From Eledone cirrhosa (lineage: Eukaryota), in the NCBI GenBank assembly GCA_964016885.1, contig OZ024747.1, positions 62,062,001 to 62,126,000 of the forward strand: a stretch of DNA of 64,000 nt, given 5' to 3'. The notes below the pieces were generated by a model, which ran no database searches, was not told where the DNA came from, and saw nothing but the letters and a program-made list of their open reading frames with translations. The position numbers and the translations under genes were made by a program. This document shows positions 1 through 12,762 of this stretch, piece after piece. Numbering within the stretch: position 1 is the first letter of the stretch; every line of letters begins with the position of its first letter.

Positions 1-545
1 GTTTTTTTCAGAAGCTGAATGTAATGATTTTGATTCAAACCCGACCTTCTGTTCTGTAGTTATTTTGGCATTCTTATTCTTTGAATCAACCTTTCCATCG
101 TTGATCCCTTCTTTTAAATTTTAACAACTTCTCTTGATTTTTTCTTTCTAAATTACTTACTCAAGTTTTCTTTCTCAACTGAAACTATCTCCTCACTACT
201 GATCAGTCTTTTCTTACCTTCTGCTCTTCTCAGAGTCAATCAAGATCAGCCTGGGGGTGCAAGCTTTGATATATATTCAATATCTTGTTTTCCTATCTAT
301 GTTCTTCAGTTTATCAACATTCCAATCAATGATTCCAGCACCATATCTTATAAACTCAGCTCTACAGTTCATTGCTATTATCATGTTTCCACCATCAAGC
401 TGTGATCCTATGATGACCTTGAGTCTTTTGAAATATTCTTGTGACTTTTCCTTTCATTTCCTTGCTAAATACCTTGTAACTCTGAAGTATTCCAAGGTAC
501 TTGTATTCCTCTCTGTCTTTCAAAGATCAAATTATAATCCTTTCT
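1..545 (-). mobile_element. Degenerate R4/Dong-like non-LTR retrotransposon fragment (RT C-terminal region)
   Basis: Minus-strand translation with frameshifts and stops gives EEYKYLGILQ..KEMKGKVT/EYFKRLKVIIGSQLDGGNMIIAMNCRAEFIRYGAGIIDWNVDKLKNIDRKTR..HPQADLD. This matches the YKYLG...GNxIxAIN...YxxGIIDW...DRKTR...HPxADxDRLY pattern of R4/Dong elements (recognised from memory). Confidence 0.75.
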
Positions 546-566
546 AAGTTTAAATACACCTAATAT

Positions 567-1446
567 TAGCTTTGCCTTTCATCCTTACGCAGCCGATAAA
601 ATAAAGTACCAGTAATGCACTGGAGTCGGTTTAATCGACTTTGCCCTCCCCAAAAATTGTTGGCCTTGTGTCTAAATCAGAAACCATTATAAATAATAAA
701 GAAATAATAAAGAAACCATTATTATTATATTAGAATATATTAGATTTTCTTCTTATGAAGCACACAAAAAATAAACAGTCATTAAAGTGAAGCAGTAAAA
801 GAATCATATAACAATAATAATAATAATGTTAATAATGATAATAGTATAATAACTGTTTCTACTTTTGGCACAAGGCCAGCAATTACCCAGTGCATTACTG
901 GTACTTTATTTTATCGACCTCGTAAGGATGAAAGGTAAAGTTAACCTCGGCGGGATTTGAACTCAGACTGTAAAGGGACGTAACTATGCTACAAAGCATG
1001 GCGTCCAACCCTCTACCGATACTGACAATTCACCGCCCTTTATGTATGATAATAGTATAACAATATATAATAACAATGGTTGCTGATTTAGGCACAAGGC
1101 CAGCGATTTTGGGGGAGAGGGAAGTTGTTTAAATTGACCCCAGTGCATTACTGGTACTTTATTTTATTGGCCTCATAAGGAAGAATGTATATAACAATAA
1201 TAATGACCATACTAAAAATGGTTTCTATATTTGGCACAAGGCCAGCAATTGCTCCCAGTGCATTACTGCTACTTTATTTTATCGACCCCGTAAGAATGAA
1301 AGGCAAAGCTAACCTCGGCGGGATTTGAACTCAGTCCGTAAAGGGCCGTAACTTTATGCTACAAAGCATGGCGTCTAACCCTCTACCGATAATGATAGAA
1401 ATAATAATAATGATGATGATGATGATAGTAATATCGGTAATAATAG

Positions 1447-1484
<38 letters not shown>

Positions 1485-1748
1485 GCAGTGGGGGCAACAA
1501 TGACAACGATGATGATGATGTCTATGACAATAATGGTTTCTGATTTAGGCACTAGGCCAATAATTTGGGGGAAGGGGAAAATCGATTAAATCTACCCCAG
1601 TGCATTACTGGTATTTTATTTTATCGAGCCTGTAAGGATGATAGGCAAAGCTAACCTTGGCGGGATTTGAACTCAGATTGTAAAGGGACGTAACTATGCC
1701 ATAAAGCATGTTGACCGACGCTCTACCGATTCTGTCAATCCACTGCCT
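567..1748. mobile_element. Cluster of five tRNA-derived SINE copies (family A): one + copy (567-690) and four - copies (about 853-1038, 1075-1180, 1217-1390, 1530-1748)
   Basis: Repeated body gcctttcatccttacg..gtcgataaaataaagtaccagtaatgcactggg...ggccttgtgcc with a B-box-like gagttcaaatcc and (AAT)n/(GAT)n spacers. Confidence 0.8.
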
Positions 1749-1845
1749 TGATGGCTATGATAATATTAACAACAATAACAATATTTTCACCATGGCAAGC
1801 AAATACATATACATCATTGTTTAATGTCTATTTTCCATACTAGCA

Positions 1846-1847
<2 letters not shown>

Positions 1848-1931
<84 letters not shown>

Positions 1932-2070
1932 TATATACATATACATATATATATATATATACACATATATATATACATATACATATATATATATATATAT
2001 ATACACATACATATACACAAACATATACACATACATATATATACATATACACATACATATTCATATATAT

Positions 2071-2102
<32 letters not shown>

Positions 2103-2330
2103 ACATACATACACATACATACATGTATATACACATACATATACATACATATACATACACATACATATACATACATATATGCATACATATACATATATAT
2201 ACATACATGTATATGTATGTATATATGTGTATATATACGTATGTATGTATATGTATGCATGTATATGTATGTATATGTATGTACACATCATAAAAAATGA
2301 TGACACACACACACACACACACACATACAT

Positions 2331-2361
<31 letters not shown>

Positions 2362-3012
2362 CGTATATCAAAACTGATTAAGTTGAAGTAATCTTTATAT
2401 CAGAAACACTTGGTAAAACAGAACAACTGAGTGACAGATTTCATCACCCACAGCAGCTTCATGTGCATTTAGTTTTGATGTATTTCAGAAGATGGGGAGA
2501 GGAAGATGGGGGGGGGGGGGTGGAGAGGGTGGAGAAGACTGAGGGGAAGCAGGGGGTTGGGTGAGTTCAAGAGGGTGGGATGGGGAGGCAAGCTCCTCAT
2601 CAGTTTATCTTCGATTATTTTTTTCTAGTAATTCTGTTTTGTTTTCCATTTCATTTTGGTGTCTGACACCAGCTTGTCTTGAGGGAGGGGGGGGGGGGGG
2701 CAGTGTTGGTGGTGGTGGTGTGGAGTGGGGGGATGGTGGCGGGGGGGAGAGAGAGGTGGTGGTAGTGTTGGTGGGGATTGATGGTGTGAAGTTCAAACTC
2801 ATGTTGAACAAATCATTTGAATCATCAGAAAATTAGATTTATGCTAACAGGTTACATATTTATGTATATAATAGTAAAGAAAACTATACACAAACGCACT
2901 ATATATATATAAATATATATGTACATATACATACACATTTATATATATATATATATACACATACACATATACATACATATATACATACATACACATATAC
3001 ATATATACATAC

Positions 3013-3043
<31 letters not shown>

Positions 3044-3200
3044 CATATATACATACATATATATATACATACATATATACATACATATATATATATATAT
3101 ATACATACATATATACATACATATATACATACATATATATATATATATATATACATACATATATACATACATATATACATATATATACACACACACATAT
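1848..3200. repeat. (TA)n/(CATA)n microsatellites (1848-2365 and 2900-3200)
   Basis: Seen directly; source of the IY/YI ORFs. Confidence 0.95.
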
Positions 3201-3894
3201 ATGTGTGTATTTAAAATAGATGTATATTTATGTATTTATGCATACATATATTAATGTAGATAAATAATCGTAAGATTTCATGTGTACTCATAAATATGTA
3301 CATATAAATATATATATTATTTACCCCCCCCCCCCCCCCCAACACACAAATATACATACATACATATATATATGATATCCACACACACACACACGTGTTT
3401 GTATGTATATATGTATGTGCCTGTATATGTATGCGAGTGTTTAAAGATTATTTAAAATGTATTAAACTTTAGATTATATCTAGTTATAATACAAAGAGCC
3501 CCCACCCTCCCACACCCATTTGAACAAGGGAGGTCACTCCCATTTTATATTTAAATATTTCCTTGTTCACTAAATTTGGTGTGGGGTGTGGTTTTGGCTG
3601 TATGTGTGTGTGAGAATGTGAGTGTATGTGTGAGTCCCCTGCCCCACACACTGGTACCCTAAAAACTGCTACTCCCTCCCACACACCCAACCGTCCCCTG
3701 CTCCACCAACACAATAGAGACAGGTCTAAAACGTGGTGTGTTACTGACATTGAGTTGTAGCCTTAGGCAAGTCACTTCACTCCTATATCAGCTTCAATGA
3801 AGATAACTGGAGGATTGGGGTGGATATTGTTGTTGGAGAACTAGAATATACTGTAGGGGGAGGTGAGATATTTAGGGGTGAGTGTGTGGAGAGA

Positions 3895-4610
3895 GAGGGG
3901 GAATAGATAGAAAGAAAAAGAGAGAAAGGGTAAGAAAGGGATGGAGAAGAAAGAGAAGGAGAGAAAGAGAGAAGGAGAGAAAGAGAGAGGGAGAGAAAGA
4001 GAGAAAGAGAGAGGGAGAGAAAGAGAGAGGGGGAAAGAGAAAGAGAGAGGGAGAGAAAGAGAGAGGGGGAAAGAGAGAAGAAAGAATAGAGAGGGAGTAG
4101 AAAGAGGAGAGAGGGAGTAGAAAGAGGAGAGAGTGGGTAGAAAGAGGAGAGAGTGGGTAGAAAGAGGAGAGAGTGGGTAGAAAGAGGAGAGAGGGAGTAG
4201 AAACAGAAGAGAGGGAGTAGAAAGAGAAGAGGGAGGGTAGAAAGAGAAGAGAGAGGGTAGAAAGAGAAGAGAGAGGGTAGAAAGAGAAGAGAGGGTAGAA
4301 AGAGAAGAGAGAGGGTAGAAAGAGAAGAGAGAGGGTAGAAAGAGAAGAGAGAGGGTAGAAAGAGAAGAGAGAGGGTAGAAAGAGAAGAGAGAGGGTAGAA
4401 AGAGAAGAGAGAAGGTAGAAAGAGGAGAGAGAAAGAGAGTGAAGGAGAGAAAGTGAGGAAGAAGAGAGCGAAGGAGAGAAAGTGAGGAAGAAGAGAGCGA
4501 AGGGGAGAAAGTGAGGAAGAAGAGAGGAAGGGGAGAAAGTGAGGAAGAAGAGAGGAAGGGGAGAAAGTGAGGAAGAAGAGAGACAGACAGGGAAAGAGCG
4601 AAAGAGAGAA
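3895..4610. repeat. Purine-rich minisatellite (about 18-bp gagagggtagaaagagaa, then about 22-24-bp units)
   Basis: Tandem units visible directly. Confidence 0.9.
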
Positions 4611-4679
4611 CTACAGTTTAGTGTAAAATATGAAACAAGAAAGAGTTTATAGAATAAAAAGAGAGAATATAAGACTTAC

Positions 4680-4726
4680 TTTCTCCGTAATAATTGTCTG
4701 AGAATGTGGTGAAGATAGATCTGACT
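4680..4726 (-). CDS. RIC1: RIC1 exon 16 of 16 in window (SQIYLHHILRQLLRR)
   Basis: ttcag acceptor, gtaagt donor, phase 0 to 2; matches human RIC1 SQIYLHHILRQLLVRN. Confidence 0.93.
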
Positions 4727-4734
4727 CTGAAATG

Positions 4735-5530
4735 GAGAGAGAGAGATTATTATATATTAGAGAGGTATTAGTGAGAGAGATATTATTATATATTAGAGAG
4801 GTATTAGTGAGAGATATTATTATATATTAGAGAGGTATTAGTGAGAGATATTATTATATATTAGAGAGGTATTAAAGAGAGAGATATTATTATATATTAG
4901 AGAGGTATTAGAGAGAGAGATTATTATATATTAGAGAAGTATTAAAGAGAGAGATATTATTATATATTAGAGAGGTATTAGAGAGAGAGAGATATTATTA
5001 TATATTAGAGAGGTATTAGTGAGAGAGATATTATTATATATTAGAGAGGTATTAGTGAGAGAGATATTATTATATATTAGAGAGGTATTATTATATATTA
5101 GAGAGGTATTAGTGAGAGAGATATTATTATATATTAGAGAGGTATTAGTGAGAGAGATATTACTATATATTAGAGAGGTATTAGTGAGAGAGATATTATT
5201 ATATATTAGAGAGGTATTAAAGAGAGAGATATTATTATATATTAGAGAGGTATTAAAGAGAGAGATATTATTATATATTAGAGAGGTATAGTGAGAGAGA
5301 TATTATTATATATTAGAGAGGTATTAAAGAGAGAGATATTATTATATATTAGAGAGGTATAGTGAGAGAGATATTATTATATATTAGAGAGGTATTAAAG
5401 AGAGATATTATTATATATTAGAGAGGTATTAAAGAGAGAGATATTATTATATATTAGAGAGGTATTAGAGAGAGAGATATTATATATTAGAGAGGTATAG
5501 TAAGAGAGATTATTATATATTAGAGAGGTA
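4735..5530. repeat. Minisatellite, about 33-36-bp unit gagagagatattattatatattagagaggtattagt
   Basis: More than 20 tandem units; source of the REILLYIREVL ORF. Confidence 0.95.
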
Positions 5531-5629
5531 TTATTATTATTATGTATATTTTAGAGTGAGAGAAGATAAACAGATATATTGGAGAGAGATAGGTACAGAG
5601 ACAGACATATATTAGATAGATAGATGTAT

Positions 5630-5674
5630 AAAGAGACAGACAGACAGACAGACAGACGGATAGACAGACAGACG

Positions 5675-5740
<66 letters not shown>

Positions 5741-5765
5741 TAGACAGACGGATAGACAGATAGAT
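5630..5765. repeat. (GACA)n microsatellite
   Basis: Seen directly. Confidence 0.95.
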
Positions 5766-6152
5766 ACACAGATATATTGGAGTGAAATAAGCAGGTATAT
5801 ATATCAGACACAGATAGCTAAAGAGGTATAATTTAGAGAGAGAGAAAGAGAGGCAGACATATATTAGAGTGAAAGATACACATATATTAGAGAGAGAGAG
5901 AGACATATATATATATATATAGATAGATAGAGAGAGATAGAGAGAGAGGAGGCATGTGAGAGAAAGAGATATAGCCATATTTGGAACCTTAAATCTTACA
6001 TAAAATTATGAACATTTTAAAATACAGTTTAATATCATAGAACCAGGGGCAGTTTCAGGTGGTTTTGGTGTCAAAAGGGTTAAAGAAAAAAGAAATAGAT
6101 GGAGATGCACAGAGGAGGAGGGGGGGGAGTATTTAATGAAGAAATAACTTAC

Positions 6153-6271
6153 AGTACGGTCAAGCATCAGATATGGTAAGTCAGATGGCAGGTGGCGGTT
6201 GAGAGTAGTAAAGGTGTATGATATAGTCTCGCTAGCAGTACCCAGGATCACAGCATCTTCAAATAACACAG
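6153..6271 (-). CDS. RIC1: RIC1 exon 15 (AVLFEDAVILGTASETISY...LPYLMLDRT)
   Basis: tacag acceptor, gtaagt donor, phase 1 to 0; human AVLFEDALVLGAVNDT...FCVVERT. Confidence 0.93.
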
Positions 6272-6317
6272 CTGTAAGGATAGACAGAAACATATACATG
6301 AACAGAGAGAAACACAG

Positions 6318-6355
<38 letters not shown>

Positions 6356-6770
6356 TCCAAATATTGATATTTTCCAATAGTTGCTTTTTCCACAAATGAA
6401 ACCATGGTAGGGAGATCAATATATAAGTGAGATAGACTAAATTTATTTTGGTTTGTTTGTCTTATACTCCCATAAATAGAGTTTTTACACTTACATTTAA
6501 TATTGCTTCTCTGATTGATATTTTATCTATATATTTTATCCATTCATCGAGATGCTTATGTATTGTGCAAGCAGGTAAAAGCGGACATAAAATGATGATG
6601 ATGATATATACATATATATATTCCAAATAGAGAGAAGACAAGACAAAGACAATGGAAAAAAAACAATGAAAAGATGGACAATCCCATCTCCTCAGACAAC
6701 CTCTGGAAATCACTATGGTTTCAGTACATTAAGGTTGACACCGTTCATTCCAGTGCACAATGGGATATAT

Positions 6771-7010
6771 TTAGAAAGTGAACAACACAATATATAACTA
6801 CTCCATTACCAAAGGTTTCTGGATCCTAGACAATATTAATATACGTCTGGATCGTTCATCAGACAGAGATGTTATAACATTTGTCTGATGAACGATCCAG
6901 ACGTATATGAATAGTGTCTAGGATCCAGAAACCTTTGGTAGTGGAGTAGTTATATATTGTGTTGTCCATTTTCTAATTAAATAGCTCTGTTCTATACATA
7001 GAGCACTCTT
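6771..7010. mobile_element. Palindromic (about 100-bp arms) element with a hammerhead motif in each arm, Penelope/retrozyme-like
   Basis: Inverted repeat 6771-6976 centred on atgttataacat; CTGATGA at 6862-6856 (-) and 6885-6891 (+); GAAACctttgGTA in both arms; its 3' tail is shared with the element at 42986. Confidence 0.75.
6793..6876 (-). ncRNA. Candidate type I hammerhead ribozyme
   Basis: Stem I ctctgt/atggag plus tataac/gttata; core CTGATGA; stem II gatccagac/gtct(a)ggatc, but its closing positions are mismatched; GAA-ACC-ttt-GGT-A with a GUA cleavage triplet. Confidence 0.55.
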
Positions 7011-7084
7011 TTTTTCTTTGCTTTTCCTTTAGAATTACCCGAGAGAGAGTTAAAAGAAATACATTGAAATGTAAAAATCCTTAC

Positions 7085-7181
7085 CCAAGGGATAAATGTC
7101 CACTTTAAATGGCAACATTATTCTTTTTGACATGAAATTGTGTGTTTTTCCTTCATCCCTTGGAAACAGAGGTAGCCAAAC
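7085..7181 (-). CDS. RIC1: RIC1 exon 14 ([32 protein letters not shown])
   Basis: tcaag acceptor, gtaagg donor; human [32 protein letters not shown]. Confidence 0.96.
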
Positions 7182-7606
7182 CTTGAAAATATAGAAATAC
7201 ATAATGAAATATTGGAAACTGATTTGTTTCATAGACATACAGCAGAGATTAGGTGGATTTTATACCTGTCTCAAAGTCATTCATAACAAATTGTTGTCTA
7301 GCTTCTTCTGAAGTCATCCAATGTCTTGAGGCAGTGGTACAACATTGACAAAGTTTGAGCCCTGGAGTACTTGGGCTACCATTGCAGCATACAGATCTGT
7401 TCCTTTCATACCTATGACCATCATGATGATTGATTTAAAAGTGATGTACAGCTAGCCAACTCGTCTCATTGTATCCAGGCTCCAGAGGGTTCATCATGGC
7501 GACTTACATGGGCCAGCAAGGGCCATATAGATTCATACATAAGTCAAAGTTTTCTTTTACTTAAAAAATCAAATGCAAAAGGCTGGGTGCAGCTATCTCC
7601 TAGACC

Positions 7607-7834
7607 TTAACCCTTTAGCATTTACATTACCCTATATATACTATTATATTTTCACGGTAAAGGCTTTACCTCATAATTATCTCACATAATATCGAATCAA
7701 TGAGATTTTGATATTATTTATTTAGAGAAAAATACCTTACATCAGTATGAGTGGCTAGTTACGGCTGTTTTGAACAGAAATAGGTGATAAAATTTTGGTC
7801 AGATACAGCCAGTTTAAATGCTAATGGGCTTTAA
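7607..7834. mobile_element. piggyBac-type MITE, family P1
   Basis: TTAA-ccctttagcattta ... taaatgctaatggg; related copies at 8044, 43659, 52259 and 53742. Confidence 0.8.
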
Positions 7835-8043
7835 TGTACAAACATACAGAAACTGACAGATTTAGTAAATAGAGGTCACATCAATATTCACCCTATATAA
7901 ATATCAGCGTATATAAATATAACAAATATAACCGGCACTCCGTCAGTTACAACGACGAGTTTTCCAGTTGATACAATCAACACAACAGCCTACTTGTGAA
8001 ATTGACATGCAAGTGGCTAAGCATTCCGCAGACATGCGGACCT

Positions 8044-8506
8044 TTAACCCTTTACCATTTACATTACTCCATATATACTATTGTATTTTCATGGTAAACA
8101 CTTCATTTCACAAAATTATCTCACATAATATCAAATCTATGAGACTTTGATATTATTTATTTTGATGTGAAGGCACGTGGCTGAATGGTAAGAGAATGGG
8201 ATTCGCAATTGTGAGGTTGTGAGTTCGATTCCTGGACCGGGCGATATGTTATGTCCTTGAACAAGACACTTTATTTCACATTGCTCTTTCTACCTGGAAT
8301 TGCAGACTGATAGATAGTATAAGCAATTGGAAAGAACAATGGAAACATTGTTTCCTTGGTCCGATTTGATGAAAGTCGATCGACTATATGTTATTTTGAG
8401 AACAATACCTTAATATAAGTATTAGCAGCCGGTTACAGCTGGTTTGAACAGAAAGAGGTGGGAGGATTCTGGCCAGATACAGCCGGTTTAAATGCTAAAG
8501 GGTTAA
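8044..8506. mobile_element. piggyBac-type MITE P1 with a nested SINE, itself inserted in an older SINE (about 7930-8540)
   Basis: TTAA at 8044-47 and 8503-06; terminal inverted repeats ccctttaccattta/taaatgctaaaggg. Confidence 0.85.
8166..8390 (+). mobile_element. tRNA-derived SINE, family B (CORE-like segment)
   Basis: A box tggctgaatgg, B box gttcgattcc, tgtccttgaacaagacactttatttcac; 9-bp target-site duplication ttattttga (8157-8165 and 8391-8399). Confidence 0.85.
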
Positions 8507-8586
8507 CATAGTTCTCAGGGAGATTCAGCATGACACAGAAAGTCAATTAGCAACTGACAAAAATAAAGTCATGAAGTCCTACATAC

Positions 8587-8718
8587 CTTCATTCCTTGGG
8601 AACCACAACCAAGCCATAAGGCTTCCATTAACTGCATCTTGCCAAGGTTGGCTTTTGCAGTTGTCCACAGGTTCTCAACAGATGTTGCAACAACAGAAGG
8701 GGAACAGAATGACGTATC
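8587..8718 (-). CDS. RIC1: RIC1 exon 13 ([24 protein letters not shown]...[14 protein letters not shown])
   Basis: ttcag acceptor, gtatgt donor, phase 0 to 0; human [22 protein letters not shown]...LEALWLSCGGAGMK. Confidence 0.96.
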
Positions 8719-10114
8719 CTGAAGATTTAGAAATTTAAAAAAAAAAATTAAAAAAATCAATATCAATCAAGGGTGGTGCTCCAGCATGGCCTCAGCCAGA
8801 TGGCTGCAACTGGTAAAAGAGTAAAAGAGTATTACAATTAAATGAAAGTAAGAAAGAATAAAAAAACAAATAAAAAACTTGCCAAACAAAGGGTTGAGAG
8901 GACTCTACAGTTGTGTCAAGGTCATAATAACGTCCTTTGTGTGGGCAAGAGGGGGGGGTGATAAAATGCAGCCCAGCCATAGAAGCCATGCCAAATAAAG
9001 GGTTGGGAGAAGTCCTCAGTTGTGGTAAAAACATAATTTCACAGCACACTCTGTAAAGTAGTTGGTGGTAGGAAGGGCATCTAGCTGTAAAATCCATGCC
9101 AAAACCAAAATGCCATGGAAGCAAAATGTGGCCTCCAGCCTTTCTAGAAGACAGTAACTTCAAATAAACTGACTTGCACTGTGACAATTCATTTAACCCA
9201 GAAGTTTTGAAAAGTGGGCAAGATTTATATAAAGAGTTTGACTCAAGTATGATGATAAAAAGCACTTAATTCCTAAGGGATTTGTAGGGGCACCATCCTG
9301 ACACATGACGTGCCTTGGACATTTTAAACCTGATGGAGTCTATCCTTCTCCAGATTTGAATGCTGAAGATTTCTTTGAGAGTGAGAAGATGAATCACCCT
9401 CAGTACTAGACTAGTAGTACCTTATTGGTATGGTTTAGTCGCATAACTCCTGATGGAGTCATAGGGGTGCTGTAGTGGCATACAGCATTTCTTGGGCATT
9501 TGTAAGCCTGGTAGAGCCCATCCCTCTCCAGATCTGAACACAGGAGATATTTTCCAAGGAAGGATAGAATAAGAAAAAGATATAAAGGAAGAATTGACCC
9601 CAGTGTTAGACTGGCAATTTTTTTTATCGACCTAAAAAGGATGACAGACAAAGTCCACCTGCTTAGGATTTGAACTCAGAGTGCAGACAACTGGAACAAA
9701 ATACTGAAGCATTTCTAATCTAATGCTATAACAACTCTGGCAGTTCTCTTGGCTTTTTAACTCAGTTATACAGAACTAAAACATAATACATACCTGAATC
9801 AAACATTTAATACATTCACACATATACATATAAATATAGACACAGACCTGCATATACATATACAAATACACAGACATACATATATATACATATATATATA
9901 TACACACACACACACACAGACCTGCATATACATATACAAATACACAGGCATACATATATATACAAATACAGACATGCATATATATATACATGTATATACA
10001 CACACACACACAGACCTGCATATATATATACAAATACACAGACATACATATATATATACATAGACATATATATATATATACATAGACATATATATATATA
10101 TACATACACAGACC

Positions 10115-10174
<60 letters not shown>

Positions 10175-10519
10175 CATACACATATATCCATATATATATA
10201 TATACATATATATACACATATATATATATATATACATATACATACACATATATCCATATATATATATATACATATATATACACATATATACACATATATA
10301 TACATATATATGTACACATATACACACATATATATATACACATATATATATATATATATATACATATATATACACATATATATATACACATATATATATA
10401 CATACACATATATATATACATACACACATATATATATACACACATATATATATACACACATATATATATACACATATATATATATACATATATATATATA
10501 CATATATATATATACACAC

Positions 10520-10562
<43 letters not shown>

Positions 10563-10571
10563 TATATATAC

Positions 10572-10620
<49 letters not shown>

Positions 10621-10655
10621 CACATATATATATATACATATATATATATATACAC

Positions 10656-10705
<50 letters not shown>

Positions 10706-10731
10706 ATATATACTTATATATATATATACAC

Positions 10732-10842
<111 letters not shown>

Positions 10843-10865
10843 TATATACACATATATATATACAC

Positions 10866-10990
<125 letters not shown>

Positions 10991-11402
10991 CATATATATA
11001 TATATACATATATATATGTATACATATATATATATACATATATATATATACATATATATATATACATATATATATATACATATATATATATGTATATATA
11101 TATATGTGTATATATATATATGTGTATATATATGTATATATATATATATGTGTATATATATGTATGTGTGTATATATATGTATGTGTATATATATATGTA
11201 TGTGTATATATATGTATATATATATATGTGTATATATGTATGTGTATATATATGTATATATATATATGTGTATATATATATGTGTATATATATGTATGTG
11301 TATATATATGTGTATATATATGTACGTGTATATATATGTGTATATATATGTATGGGTATATATATGTATGTTATATATATATATATATATGTGTATATAT
11401 AT

Positions 11403-11437
<35 letters not shown>

Positions 11438-11713
11438 CTTATACATATACATATATATATACATATATATGTATATATATATATGTGTATATATATGTAT
11501 GTGTATATATATGTATATATATATATATGTGTATATATGTATGTGTATATATATGTATATATATATATGTGTATATATATATGTGTATATATATGTATGT
11601 GTATATATATGTGTATATATATGTGTATATATATGTATGTGTATATATATGTGTATATATATGTATGTGTATATATATGTATGTGTATATATATATATGT
11701 GTATATATATGTA

Positions 11714-11751
<38 letters not shown>

Positions 11752-11828
11752 CTTATATATATACATATATATATATACATATATATTATATATATATATA
11801 TACACATATATATATATATACATATATA

Positions 11829-11949
11829 CAAGCCCGATCAGTTCCTGTATGAGCAAGGCATGGTCAGCCGACCAGACACTGGCCACAACAGGACAACCCG
11901 TCTAACCCATGCTAGTGTGGAAGAACGGACGTAAAACGGTGATGATGAT
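11829..11949 (+). mobile_element. RTE LINE 3' end (subfamily B)
   Basis: Near-identical to 26779-26900; ends in (GAT)n. Confidence 0.9.
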
Positions 11950-12679
11950 ATACATATATATATATATATATATAACATATATATATATATATATATATAC
12001 ATATATATTTTTACATATATATATTTTTACGTATATATATATTTACATATATATACACATATATATATATACATATATATACACATACATATATATACAC
12101 ATACATATATATACACATATATATACACATACATATAATACACATATATATATATACACATATATATATACACATATATATATATACACATACATATATA
12201 TACACATAACATATATATACACATACATATATATACACATATATATATACATACATATATATACACATACTTATATATACACATATATATATATACACAT
12301 ACATATATATACACATACTTATATATACACATATATATATATACATATATATATATACACATACATATATATACACATACATATATATACCACATACATA
12401 TATACACATATATATTATACATATATATACACATACATATATATACACATACATATATATACACACATATATATACATATATATATATATACATATATAT
12501 ATCAATATCTAATATAAATACATGTATATATACATATACATAAATACACATATCATATTATATACACATACATATATATACACATATATATATAAATATA
12601 CATTATACATATATCATATACATATATACATATATATATATACATATATACATATACATATATACATATACATATATAC

Positions 12680-12712
<33 letters not shown>

Positions 12713-12722
12713 CATATACAAT

Positions 12723-12762
<40 letters not shown>

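Noticed and set aside
2590-2830. Two minus-strand CTGATGA motifs followed by hairpins
   Set aside because: No GAAA, stem III or NUH in register.
5019-5291. REILLYIREVL repeat ORF
   Set aside because: Minisatellite with variable unit length; no coding evidence.
8168-8240. tRNA gene
   Set aside because: A and B boxes run into a repeated SINE body with a target-site duplication; it is a SINE head.
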